Shown here piece after piece: positions 37,088 to 46,000 of a stretch of DNA of 64,000 nt; position 1 is the first letter of the stretch, and every line of letters starts with the position of its first letter. The translations under genes were made by a program, and so were the position numbers. Source of the DNA: an uncultured Acidimicrobiia bacterium (GTDB lineage: Bacteria; Actinomycetota; Acidimicrobiia; Spongiisociales; JAOTWH01); the NCBI GenBank assembly GCA_964195995.1, contig CAXMQS010000088.1:10082-74081 (forward strand). The letters are read 5' to 3'. The notes beneath the pieces are model-generated. The model saw only the letters and a list, made by a program, of their open reading frames with translations. It was not told the DNA's origin and searched no databases.

Positions 37088-38134
37088 ATGAATGTGAAGG
37101 CTACGACTGTCGAACAGCACGAGTTTGCGATTCGGCGACGTGGATACGACCAGGCGGAGGTTGATGCGGTGATGGGCCAATTGGGCCGATCGCTGCGCAA
37201 CTACGAACAGGAGAAGAAGGACCTTGAGGCGAAGCTCGCGCATGCTGGGCCCTCCGAAAAGAAGGCCTCTCCTCCTGCGAAGCGAGGCCAGGGACGAGCG
37301 GCGAAGCACCGCACGGAGAGTGAACTGATGAGACATACGGGAGATGCGGTGGAAGGGGCCCGTCAGCAGGCCGAGGCGATCCTGGCCGAAGCCAGGGCCG
37401 CGATCGACAAGATGTTCGACAGCATCGCAAGCGAGGCCAAGCAGGTGTTGGCCACGGCAGAGAGCGACGCTGCAAAGCACAAGGCCAAGATCGAAGAGGA
37501 GTCCGCCAAGCTGCTCGCCGACTCCCTCGCTAAGGCTGATGCCACCAAGAAGGCGGCAGCGACCGAGGCCGCTGAATTGCGAGCCAAGGCTGCACGCGAT
37601 GCGGCCGCCACGGTCGCGAAGGCACAAGCAGAGCATGACAAGCTGGCGACCCGCATACCTGAACTGCGCACGGCCCTCAGCCAATTCGAAGCACAGGTGC
37701 ACGCGCTCACCAACGTGCCCGTTGCCGACCTCAACGAGGAAGAGGCGACCCAGGCCGCTACCAAGGCTGCTGAAGTCGAGGTAACGATCGATAGCGATGC
37801 CGCGACCGGCGCCGCCAAGGCAGCGCTCGCCACAGCGACCTCGGTCTCTGTCGCAGCACCCGACGGATCGGGCACGCTGCCCGCAGCCAGAGATCTCGTC
37901 AATCTCGACGAGTACCGCGACCTGAAGGCATCGCATGTCGAGAAGGAGGCTCCGGTTCCAGCCCCCGCCAAGCCAGAACCAGCGCCCAGCCCGGCCGCTA
38001 GCGACGGCGCTCCGCTCGAACGGCTGGCATCGACCCACGTGGCCAGCCGGGGCATGCCAACTGACAAAGAGACCATCTACCAGCGACGGGGTGGAGGTCT
38101 GCGGCGTCGGATCAACTCACAAGGGGATGAGTAA
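37088..38134 (+). CDS. DivIVA-domain coiled-coil protein (paralog 1)
   Basis: N-terminal VEQHEFAIRRRGYDQAEVDAVM matches the DivIVA motif F..x..RGYDxxEVDxF. Long Ala/Glu/Lys coiled coil. Confidence 0.85.
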   Translation: MNVKATTVEQHEFAIRRRGYDQAEVDAVMGQLGRSLRNYEQEKKDLEAKLAHAGPSEKKASPPAKRGQGRAAKHRTESELMRHTGDAVEGARQQAEAILAEARAAIDKMFDSIASEAKQVLATAESDAAKHKAKIEEESAKLLADSLAKADATKKAAATEAAELRAKAARDAAATVAKAQAEHDKLATRIPELRTALSQFEAQVHALTNVPVADLNEEEATQAATKAAEVEVTIDSDAATGAAKAALATATSVSVAAPDGSGTLPAARDLVNLDEYRDLKASHVEKEAPVPAPAKPEPAPSPAASDGAPLERLASTHVASRGMPTDKETIYQRRGGGLRRRINSQGDE

Positions 38135-38251
38135 GAAGACGACGATGAGGTCTTGCCAAGACCCCCTTGACCACTGTATGATGTAATTGACGACCACTTA
38201 CCGTGGTCAGAGTATTGCGGGCACAATAGGGCAAGGCGGAGGTAGGCACCG

Positions 38252-39319
38252 ATGAAGGTACGTAGCGAGGACCTGTCAAAGGTCCGATTCCCAGAGGGCC
38301 GTCGCGGTTACGACGCCGACAAGGTCGATGCCGTCCTGTCCGGAGTCATCGAGACGCTCCGAGAGTACGAAGCAGCTGATGAGGCGCTCCATCGCACATT
38401 CGTAGAGGCTCAGCGGATCAAGGACGAGATGGTCGCCGAGGCCAGCGTCGAAGCTGACCAAGTGCGCGCTGAAAGCGAGAAGGCCAAGGCCGCCAAGCAG
38501 ATCGAGGCCGAAAATATCGTTGCCGCAGCCATCGAAGACGACTCCAAGCAACGCGCCTCTACTGAGGAGAACGTCGCCAAAGCGAAGGCGGAAATCGATC
38601 GGCGCATGGTCGAAGCAGAGGGTCTGGTCGCCGAGAAGGTGAAGGCCGCAGACCGCGACGCAGCCTCCGTCCGCACCGACGCTGCCAAGGAATCCGATGC
38701 CATGAGGACCGAGGCGAAGGCTGAGGCAAGCGCCACCGTCAACGCTGCCAAGAAGGCATCGACCGACATGCTCACCGCGGCCAAGGCGGAGCACGCTGAA
38801 CTCAGTAAGAAGGTCCCACAGCTTCGCACCGCCGTTAGCGACATTCGGACCCGACTCATCGAACTCGCTGAGTCGACTCAGGATGAGCTCGGTGTTGTCG
38901 ACGGGATGATCGATCTGGCCTCAAACGAGGCCGTCCCGGCCATCGCCAAAGACGCAACCCAGGACGACCTGAAGCCGGTGGCTGAGGCCACTCCCCCCAA
39001 GGAGGTTCCCCAGGCCCAGCCGACAGCCGAGCAGACGGCAGCGAAGAGCGAGTCGAAGGCTGCCAAGAGCAAGCCGAAAGCAGACGAGTCACCGGCCACG
39101 AAGGTCTCCGCAGAAGCCCCCGAGCAGACGGCTGCACCCGCGGCGAAGGTTGCGGACGCCAAGGATCTCGACGAATCGGTCTTCGACCCAACGAGTCTGA
39201 TGGCGCTGGCAAGCGATCTCGACGAAGCGGTGCCTGGAGACGAATCCAAGGAGTCCTTCTATGGTTCTGGGCTCAGACGGCGCCTAACCGAGGGCACGAA
39301 GACCAAGAAGGGGCGTTAG
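38252..39319 (+). CDS. DivIVA-domain coiled-coil protein (paralog 2)
   Basis: LSKVRFPEGRRGYDADKVDAVL. Shares AEH..L...P.LRTA.S and the C-terminal GLRRR motif with paralog 1. Confidence 0.85.
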   Translation: MKVRSEDLSKVRFPEGRRGYDADKVDAVLSGVIETLREYEAADEALHRTFVEAQRIKDEMVAEASVEADQVRAESEKAKAAKQIEAENIVAAAIEDDSKQRASTEENVAKAKAEIDRRMVEAEGLVAEKVKAADRDAASVRTDAAKESDAMRTEAKAEASATVNAAKKASTDMLTAAKAEHAELSKKVPQLRTAVSDIRTRLIELAESTQDELGVVDGMIDLASNEAVPAIAKDATQDDLKPVAEATPPKEVPQAQPTAEQTAAKSESKAAKSKPKADESPATKVSAEAPEQTAAPAAKVADAKDLDESVFDPTSLMALASDLDEAVPGDESKESFYGSGLRRRLTEGTKTKKGR

Positions 39320-39342
39320 CACCACCAAGCGTCGAACAGAAC

Positions 39343-39370
39343 GAAACCCGCTTCCTAAGAAGCGGGTTTC
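39343..39370. terminator. bidirectional terminator hairpin
   Basis: GAAACCCGCTTC-CTAA-GAAGCGGGTTTC (12-bp perfect stem) followed by TTCGTT. It spans the stop of the convergent ybaN-like gene. Confidence 0.65.
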
Positions 39371-39753
39371 TTCGTTGGGCGGCTGACGATGTACCAGATG
39401 ATCGCTGCCCCGATCGCCACCATGGCAACGCGGCCGGCGAGGCCCTTGACAAAGAACGTCATCGAGAAGCTGAAGCTGAGAGCTAGGGCGAACACTGCCG
39501 TCACCTTCGCTTTCATCGGGATTCCGAGGCCGGCTTGATAGTCCTCAACCAGTGGGCCCAGCCGGGGGTGATCGATGATCACGCCATACACGCGCTCGGA
39601 GGAGCGAGCGAAGAAGAAGGCTGCCAAGAGGATGAAAACCGTTCCCGGCATGACAGGAGCCACCAGACCGATGATGCCAAGGACCAGGCACACTCCACCA
39701 AGCAGCATGTAGAGGCCACGGAGGGCGCGGCTCGCGTGAACGTCTGCGGTCAT
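39355..39753 (-). CDS. YbaN/DUF454 family inner-membrane protein
   Basis: GIIGLVAPVMPGTVFILLAAFFFARSS. Start set at MTADVH (39753) to clear the upstream gene. Confidence 0.75.
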   Translation of the reverse strand: MTADVHASRALRGLYMLLGGVCLVLGIIGLVAPVMPGTVFILLAAFFFARSSERVYGVIIDHPRLGPLVEDYQAGLGIPMKAKVTAVFALALSFSFSMTFFVKGLAGRVAMVAIGAAIIWYIVSRPTKKPAS

Positions 39754-39799
39754 AGGCCTCAACCGTAGCCCTATCTCGTTGCCACAGGGCGTCGGAAAA

Positions 39800-40708
39800 T
39801 CACAGTGACACTGCGATGAGGGCGGCGAATCCCCCAAGCAGTATCAGACCGTCCCAGCGCTCGAGGCGACCGATCCGGCCAGAGAGCAGCGCCGCCAAAG
39901 CGACGATGACGACCATGAGGATCGTGGCACCGCCAAGGCCGCCAGCCGATCCAGGGTGTGCGAGCCCGGCGCTGCCTCCCACGACCAGCGAATTGAAAAT
40001 GTTCGACCCGATGACGTTCCCAGTTATCAAACCGGGTTCATCGCGACGAGCAGCTGCTACAGCGGTTGCGAACTCGGGCAACGAGGTGCCAACGGCGAGA
40101 ATCACCAACCCAACGAAGGCGCTCGTGAGCCCGATGTCGTCGGCCAGGCGTTCCGCCGACCACACCAGCAGCCAAGCACCGCTGACGGTGACCACCAGCG
40201 CCAGGGGCGCCGCGATGAGCTCGATACCAACCGCTACATCCTCATGCTTCGATGGTTCGTCCGGTGGGGGCGCTTCGCTCCGACGGATCAGGAGTGTGTA
40301 GACGAGTACCGCCCCCATCAATAGTGCCAGGCCCTCGATCCTGGCGATCTCGCCGTCGACAAGCACGAGAGCAAGCGCGGCCATGGCGACCGCCATCAAC
40401 ACCCCCTGGCTCCGCACGAGCGCTCGCGGAACATGGAGAACCCTGAGGAGAGCCGCGGTGCCGAGCACCAGCGTGAGGTTGCTGATATTCGAGCCAATGA
40501 CGTTGCCCATCGACTCCGCCGGTTCGCCTGCAACGAGCGACACCACCAGCTCTGGGATCGAGGTTCCGAGGCCGATAACGAGCGCCCCGATGAGGATCGG
40601 CGACATGCCGAAGTGGGCTGAGAGGCGCGCCGCCGACAGCACAGACCGATCGGCGGCGACCGTCAGCAGGGCCAGCCCAGCAGCGAGGGCGAAGATTGAG
40701 AGGATCAA
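39800..40708 (-). CDS. Ca2+/Na+ antiporter (CaCA family)
   Basis: Two alpha-repeats: GNVIGSNISNLTLVLG and GNVIGSNIFNSLVVGG. Confidence 0.85.
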   Translation of the reverse strand: MILSIFALAAGLALLTVAADRSVLSAARLSAHFGMSPILIGALVIGLGTSIPELVVSLVAGEPAESMGNVIGSNISNLTLVLGTAALLRVLHVPRALVRSQGVLMAVAMAALALVLVDGEIARIEGLALLMGAVLVYTLLIRRSEAPPPDEPSKHEDVAVGIELIAAPLALVVTVSGAWLLVWSAERLADDIGLTSAFVGLVILAVGTSLPEFATAVAAARRDEPGLITGNVIGSNIFNSLVVGGSAGLAHPGSAGGLGGATILMVVIVALAALLSGRIGRLERWDGLILLGGFAALIAVSL

Positions 40709-40773
40709 AAGAGAGTGGCCACGCGGAGCCGGGATGTTACCCGTAAGGCGTACAAGCCCACCGCTAGCCTCCC

Positions 40774-42135
40774 GTGATGGTCGATGAGCGCGCTCATAAA
40801 ACTTGGCTCAGCTCGGACCGCCGCATTCCGAGTCGATTCGTAAGACCACTCCTGCGCTTTACGCACGTCGAGGCAGCCGGTGGCGCGGTCCTGCTAGTCG
40901 CTGCCGTATTGGCGCTCGTGTGGGCCAACCTTCCCGGCGGAGAAAGCTATGAACGCTTCTTCGGCACCGAGGTCGGCTTTGATCTCGGAATCGTCCATGT
41001 CGAGGAAACGGTTCGCGACTTCGTCAACGACGGGTTGATGGCGATCTTCTTCTTCGTGGTTGGCCTCGAGATCAAGAGGGAGCTCATACGCGGCGACCTG
41101 CGTGATAGGAAGTCGGCGATGTTGCCGGCGTTCGGCGCCCTCGGTGGCATGATCTTCCCGGCGCTCATCTTCCTGGCATTCGTTCTAGGAGACGGTGAGG
41201 CAACCCGTGGATGGGGTATCCCCATGGCAACCGACATCGCATTCTCGGTCGGCGTCGTGGCCCTGCTCGGCTCCCGCGTCTCTGTTGGAGCCAAGCTCTT
41301 CCTGTTGGCACTGGCGATCGTCGATGACATCGGCGCCATTCTCGTGATCGCGATCTTCTACACCGAGGAGCTGGCGCTGGGATGGCTGGGGGGTGCGATC
41401 GGCCTGCTCGTTATCGTCGAGATAGCGAAGAGAGTCGGAGTCCGTTCTGCCGCCTTCTACCTGGTGGTCGGAGCCGGCGCGTGGTTCGCTCTCTTGGAAT
41501 CGGGAGTTCACGCCACCATCGCCGGTGTGGCGTTGGGCCTGATGACTCCTGCCTACTCCCTGTACAGCGACCCGGAATACCGCCAACGAGCTACCTGGAT
41601 CATGTCTCGCTACGACATGGACGCGGCGCAACACCGAGCGCCCGAGCGCATCGACGCCGATGCCATGGAGCTGGTCGCCGTAGCTAGGGAGTCGGTGTCT
41701 CCTCTCTCCCGACTTGAGACCGCATTCCACCCGTGGAGCTCGTTCGTGATCGTCCCCATCTTCGCACTTGCCAACGCCGGAATCCGGTTTGCCGGCATCG
41801 ACGTCGGCGAGGCACTGACGTCTCCAGTTGCTCTCGGGGTTGGCGTTGGGCTCGTCGTCGGCAAGGCCGTCGGTGTGTCGCTGTTCGTATGGCTGGCAGT
41901 GAAGCTCGGCTTTGCAAACCTCCCGAGAAACACAACATGGACCCACATGTTCGGCATGGCCGCCGCCGCCGGTATCGGCTTCACAGTCTCGCTGTTCATT
42001 ACCGAGCTGGCGTTCACCGATCCCGGGATTCTCGATCGGGCGAAGCTTGGCATATTCGTCGGCTCAGCGATCGCCGGCTTCCTGGCCTACTTCGTCTTGC
42101 GCCGTTCCCCCAAGACAGCGGAACACGATGGATAG
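40774..42135 (+). CDS. nhaA: Na+/H+ antiporter NhaA
   Basis: LALAIVDDIGAILVIAIFY and overall NhaA topology. Confidence 0.9.
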   Translation: MMVDERAHKTWLSSDRRIPSRFVRPLLRFTHVEAAGGAVLLVAAVLALVWANLPGGESYERFFGTEVGFDLGIVHVEETVRDFVNDGLMAIFFFVVGLEIKRELIRGDLRDRKSAMLPAFGALGGMIFPALIFLAFVLGDGEATRGWGIPMATDIAFSVGVVALLGSRVSVGAKLFLLALAIVDDIGAILVIAIFYTEELALGWLGGAIGLLVIVEIAKRVGVRSAAFYLVVGAGAWFALLESGVHATIAGVALGLMTPAYSLYSDPEYRQRATWIMSRYDMDAAQHRAPERIDADAMELVAVARESVSPLSRLETAFHPWSSFVIVPIFALANAGIRFAGIDVGEALTSPVALGVGVGLVVGKAVGVSLFVWLAVKLGFANLPRNTTWTHMFGMAAAAGIGFTVSLFITELAFTDPGILDRAKLGIFVGSAIAGFLAYFVLRRSPKTAEHDG

Positions 42136-43048
42136 AAGGAGGTTCATCAGAACCGCCGGCCTCGGACTCGCCACTATCCCCCTTGGAAGGTTCCTGGCGG
42201 CGTGCGGAGACGCAGCTGCCGAGACCAGTGTCGCCACCACCGGGCTTACAACCACCTCGACTCTTGCCGAGATCACGGTGGCGACAACCGCGGTAACGGC
42301 CACCGAAGCGGCGCCGGCCGCTGCTCCCCGGGCAGAGATCGTCGGCGCTCTATGTCGGGAGGCGTGGGGGGCGACGGCCGTCGGCACCAATGTCATTCCG
42401 CACACAATCGATCGCCTCACCGTGCACCACACGGCGTCCTTCCTCGATGACAACAGCAAGGCCCCCTCACGATTGAGGGGCCATCAGTCATATCACAAGA
42501 GCCTGGGCTGGCCGGACCTGGCATATCACATTGCCGTCGACGCCAACGGCAACATCTACGCCGGGAGACCGACGACGGCGCGAGGTGACACGGCCACCAA
42601 CTACGACCCGACCGGCCACTTCCTGGTTGTGGCCGAAGGGGACTTCAACTCCCAGCCAATACCCACCGCTCAGCTCGAGGGTGTCGCAATGGTGCTGGCC
42701 TGGGCGGCAACCGAGTTCTCGGCAGACCCATCAACAATCCGAGGACACCGAGATCTCGCCTCGACAAGTTGCCCCGGCGACGGCTTCTACTCCTTCATCG
42801 CCGACGGCACGTTGGAAGCCATGGTCGACGGGCGCATTGCCAACGGCGGCATCGATCTGCGCGTGGTGTGTGACGACGGCGCTTACGCCGCCGTTGCTGC
42901 AATCGAGGCCGGAGAGGTGCCAGCGCCACTCGCCACCCAGGCAAGCTTCTACCTGCGCAACTCCAACAGCCAAGGGAACGCCGACACCGTCATCGAGGAG
43001 TTCGGTGACAGCGACTGGATCCCGGTTAGCGGCAACTTCGGCGAATGA
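42128..43048 (+). CDS. N-acetylmuramoyl-L-alanine amidase (Amidase_2/PGRP) with Tat-lipoprotein signal
   Basis: ATG 42128 overlaps the nhaA stop. MDRRRFIRTAG..LAAC signal. Amidase motif LTVHHTAS..AYHIAVDANGNIY. Confidence 0.8.
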   Translation: MDRRRFIRTAGLGLATIPLGRFLAACGDAAAETSVATTGLTTTSTLAEITVATTAVTATEAAPAAAPRAEIVGALCREAWGATAVGTNVIPHTIDRLTVHHTASFLDDNSKAPSRLRGHQSYHKSLGWPDLAYHIAVDANGNIYAGRPTTARGDTATNYDPTGHFLVVAEGDFNSQPIPTAQLEGVAMVLAWAATEFSADPSTIRGHRDLASTSCPGDGFYSFIADGTLEAMVDGRIANGGIDLRVVCDDGAYAAVAAIEAGEVPAPLATQASFYLRNSNSQGNADTVIEEFGDSDWIPVSGNFGE

Positions 43049-43058
43049 GAACAACAGC

Positions 43059-43718
43059 ATGAGCCGGCGGATTCTGGTCTTGGTCGGCTGGCTGGTTATG
43101 ACAGCACCGACCGCGTTGGCTGCAGACACCGTCGGTGCGTTCGATCCTGATACCGCGATGTGGCATCTCCGTCTTGGTGACGACACTGCGACAACCTTCG
43201 AGTTCGGGAATCCAGGAGATGTGCCTTTCATGGGCGACTGGGACTGCGACGGCGTCGACACCCCCGGCCTCTACCGCCAGAGCGACGGCTTCGTCTATCT
43301 TCGCAACGCCAATACGACAGGGATCGCGGACATTCGCTACTTCTTCGGGGATCCGGGTGACGTCCCGCTGGCCGGCGACTTCGATGGCGACAACTGCGAC
43401 ACGGTGTCCCTTTACCGTCCAGCGATGCAACGTTTCTTCGTGATCGACACGCTCGGAAGCGATGACGGCGGGCTGGGAGCGGCTGCAACCGACTTCGTCT
43501 TCGGAGATCCCGGGGATCAACCATTCGCTGGAGACCTCAACGGCGACGGCATCGACACCTTCGGCCTCTACCGGGAGGCCACCGGCTTCGTGTACTACCG
43601 CAACTCGCTCGCGGAGGGGGTCGCCGATGCACAGTTCTTCTTCGGCGATCCCAACGACCAATTCGTCGCCGGCGACTGGACCGGAGACCACACTGACACG
43701 GTCGGTGTTTACCGATGA
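43059..43718 (+). CDS. secreted protein with four FG-GAP-like repeats
   Basis: Signal peptide ending ALA-AD. Four copies of F.FG(N/D)PGD.P..GD(W/F/L).GDG.DT.G.YR. The tracked upstream extension was rejected. Confidence 0.75.
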   Translation: MSRRILVLVGWLVMTAPTALAADTVGAFDPDTAMWHLRLGDDTATTFEFGNPGDVPFMGDWDCDGVDTPGLYRQSDGFVYLRNANTTGIADIRYFFGDPGDVPLAGDFDGDNCDTVSLYRPAMQRFFVIDTLGSDDGGLGAAATDFVFGDPGDQPFAGDLNGDGIDTFGLYREATGFVYYRNSLAEGVADAQFFFGDPNDQFVAGDWTGDHTDTVGVYR

Positions 43719-44104
43719 TCCTGGCTTGGCGACTTGGGCTGGGATGGCTTGTCGGCAGACATCGCATTCTGCTCACGACCGCCAACCGGCGCGTCGTACT
43801 GCCGTTTCGATTCTTCGCAGATACCTTCTACCTTCGTCGAGTAGAGGCGCCGTGGGTGGACGACCTCGCCGCCACCCCCACCGCCACCCTGCAGGCGTGG
43901 CCGGGCCCACGTCCGGTGAGAGTCCGCCAGATCGATGATCCCGAGGAGGCCGAACTCGTCGGCCGCCTGTGGGGTGACGGTGCATCCGTGATCGCACTGT
44001 CACCGACAGGCCAGCGCACCCCAGACATGACGGCGCCCGACCTCATGTGGGTGCTACCAACCGCCCTGGTCATCTTGGTGGCCGCGCGCCGGTTGTCCCG
44101 CTAG
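43715..44104 (+). CDS. hypothetical protein (weak resemblance to the DUF385/deazaflavin-nitroreductase fold)
   Basis: ATGA coupling. RILLTTANRR..P and W..DLAATPTATLQ resemble Ddn-family blocks only loosely. Confidence 0.5.
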   Translation: MILAWRLGLGWLVGRHRILLTTANRRVVLPFRFFADTFYLRRVEAPWVDDLAATPTATLQAWPGPRPVRVRQIDDPEEAELVGRLWGDGASVIALSPTGQRTPDMTAPDLMWVLPTALVILVAARRLSR

Positions 44105-44122
44105 CTCGTAGCCTGGCGCCAG

Positions 44123-44650
44123 ATGAAGCTTCCACCCTTGACCCTCAGCGATCACGAGAGCAACGACTACGAGCTGGTCTTCGAGCGGACGACGGTCATC
44201 GCTCTCGTCCGCTACTACGGCTGAGCTGGCTGTCTCGATTTCCTGTCGCAGTTGGCGACAGCTCATGCCACCATCCAGTCGCTCGGAGCCATGGTGATCG
44301 CCATCGGGCCCAAGGCGCAGTATCAAGCGGCACACCTATCGACGACCCTCCCCTATCCCTTGCTACTTGATCCCGAGCTGTCGGTACGGCGCCTCCTGGG
44401 AGTACGGGAGCAAACGGGGGCTGCGTTCTTCTTCAACGTGAGGGGCTGGCTGCGCTACCTGGGAGCCTTCTTGCGCCATCGCCACCAAGGCCGGCTCGTT
44501 GGCAGGCGACAGACCCTGCCTGCCGTAGCCATCGTTTCGCCACAGGGTGAAGTCCGGTGGCTCCATCAGGGCCGCTCCGTCGCCGACTATCCCAAGATCG
44601 CAACCGTCGTCGCCAGACTCAGGGAACAGACCGTGCCGCCAGCCCGTTGA
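44123..44650 (+). CDS. Prx-like (AhpC/TSA, PRX_like2-type) thioredoxin-fold selenoprotein, U-x-x-C motif
   Basis: From ATG 44123 the frame reads MKLPPLTLSDHESNDYELVFERTTVIALVRYYG-TGA(44222-44224)-AGCLDFLSQL. It continues in frame into tracked ORF 44252..44650. Confidence 0.7.
44243..44261 (+). promoter_or_regulatory. candidate SECIS apical hairpin for the Prx-like gene
   Basis: CUGUCGC-AGUUG-GCGACAG (7-bp perfect stem) starts 18 nt after the UGA. Confidence 0.35.
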
Positions 44651-44669
44651 TTCGGATGTGGCCGACTCG

Positions 44670-45407
44670 ATGAACCCGATAAGAGCCGCGGTGCGCGTAT
44701 GGCGAGCCCTGCAGCGAACAGCTCCCCCGAAACCAAGCGGTGACGGCACGGCATATCACGACGGATTCCGCCCGGTTCTCGAGGCTGTGCGCGATGGAGG
44801 CATCGGTGCCATTCCGGCCGCCCAACTGGACTCCTACCTGGCGATGCTCGGTGCTATCGACCCCGACGGACTCACTCGAGATCACGCGCTCGCCTACTGG
44901 CTCAACCTCTACAACGCCCATGCCCTTGCCGTCGCCGGGCGAGCCGAGAGCGCCAACGCGTCATCGGTGCTGCGCCTCAAGGGGGCGTTCAACAACACCG
45001 CGATCACCGTTGCCGGTGTCCCCATCTCGCTCGACGGGATCGAGCACGGCAAGCTGAGACGACTTGGGGATCCGAGGATTCACGCCGCATTGGTGTGCGG
45101 GGCCATCTCCTGCCCAACGCTGCGCTTCGAGCCGTTCGATGGTGACAAGATCGACGACCAACTCGACGACCAGATCCGCAGCTTCCTGGTCAACGGCGGC
45201 GCCGCGATGGACGGGAACACGCTGCAGCTATCGCGTATCTTCCTGTGGTTCTCCGGCGACTTCGTCCGCAATATGCCGGCGTGGCGACCGGCCGCCAAGA
45301 GCGACCTACTGCAGGCCCTCCGGCAGTGGCTTCCCGACAACGCTCAAACCGCCCAACGCGTCGAGTTCATGCGTTACGACTGGGGACTCGCCTGCACCGT
45401 TCGGTAG
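44670..45407 (+). CDS. DUF547 domain protein
   Basis: YWLNLYNAHAL and ALVCGAISCPTLR blocks. The start could instead be GTG 44658. Confidence 0.8.
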   Translation: MNPIRAAVRVWRALQRTAPPKPSGDGTAYHDGFRPVLEAVRDGGIGAIPAAQLDSYLAMLGAIDPDGLTRDHALAYWLNLYNAHALAVAGRAESANASSVLRLKGAFNNTAITVAGVPISLDGIEHGKLRRLGDPRIHAALVCGAISCPTLRFEPFDGDKIDDQLDDQIRSFLVNGGAAMDGNTLQLSRIFLWFSGDFVRNMPAWRPAAKSDLLQALRQWLPDNAQTAQRVEFMRYDWGLACTVR

Positions 45408-46000
45408 CGGGTCCCGATCCCAAGCAGTGCGAGAGCGACGACGGCGGCGAACAGATCGTTCGGAATGACCAGCCGCATGAGCTGGCGACCGTCGACGATC
45501 CATTCGCCATCGGTTCCAACCCCGACCGTGTCGAGGTAGCGCCAGATAGCCCACACGCAGAAGACTCCGATGGCGACCGCCGTCCCGCTCGCCGCGGCAG
45601 ACCCCCAGCGCCGACGAGCGCCGATAGCCGCGGCTGCTACCACCCAGGCGATGTCAAGCGCGCTCAACAGCTGCAGAAACTGCATGGATGAATCGAACCG
45701 GAGTGCCGCTGAGCTGGCCAGTGTCACCAAGGCTGCCGCTCCTGTAACGAGAGCAACCACCGAACCCGCCGCCGCCAGGGATCGGAAAGGCTCTGCCAGG
45801 TCGGGGAACCACCCAGGCTCGTCGGCGATCGGCGCCAGAGTGAGGGCCACACCTACCTCAAAGACAACGACGGCGGAGAGGTGCCAAGTCGAAACCGCGA
45901 TGACGTGGTCCGCGGCATCGATCGCGAGCAGCGGTAGGGCGAGCACTGCTCCGAAGACAGTCCACCGCAACGCCGTTGCCAGCACCCGCTCGGCCGACAT
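45374..46000 (-). CDS. polytopic membrane protein of unknown function
   Basis: ~6 hydrophobic helices. Its ATG shares one base with the upstream stop (TGATG). Confidence 0.6.
   Translation of the reverse strand: MSAERVLATALRWTVFGAVLALPLLAIDAADHVIAVSTWHLSAVVVFEVGVALTLAPIADEPGWFPDLAEPFRSLAAAGSVVALVTGAAALVTLASSAALRFDSSMQFLQLLSALDIAWVVAAAAIGARRRWGSAAASGTAVAIGVFCVWAIWRYLDTVGVGTDGEWIVDGRQLMRLVIPNDLFAAVVALALLGIGTRYRTVQASPQS

Noticed and set aside
40709-40773. Fluoride (crcB-motif) riboswitch upstream of nhaA
   Set aside because: The CGGG-AUGUUA-CCCG-UAA segment loosely resembles P1, but the conserved 3' GAUGAUGCCUAC pseudoknot half is absent and the spacer is only 65 nt long.
42531-43058. Upstream 176-aa extension of the repeat-protein ORF
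   Set aside because: It overlaps the amidase gene in another frame. The internal ATG 43059 gives a clean signal peptide right after the amidase stop.
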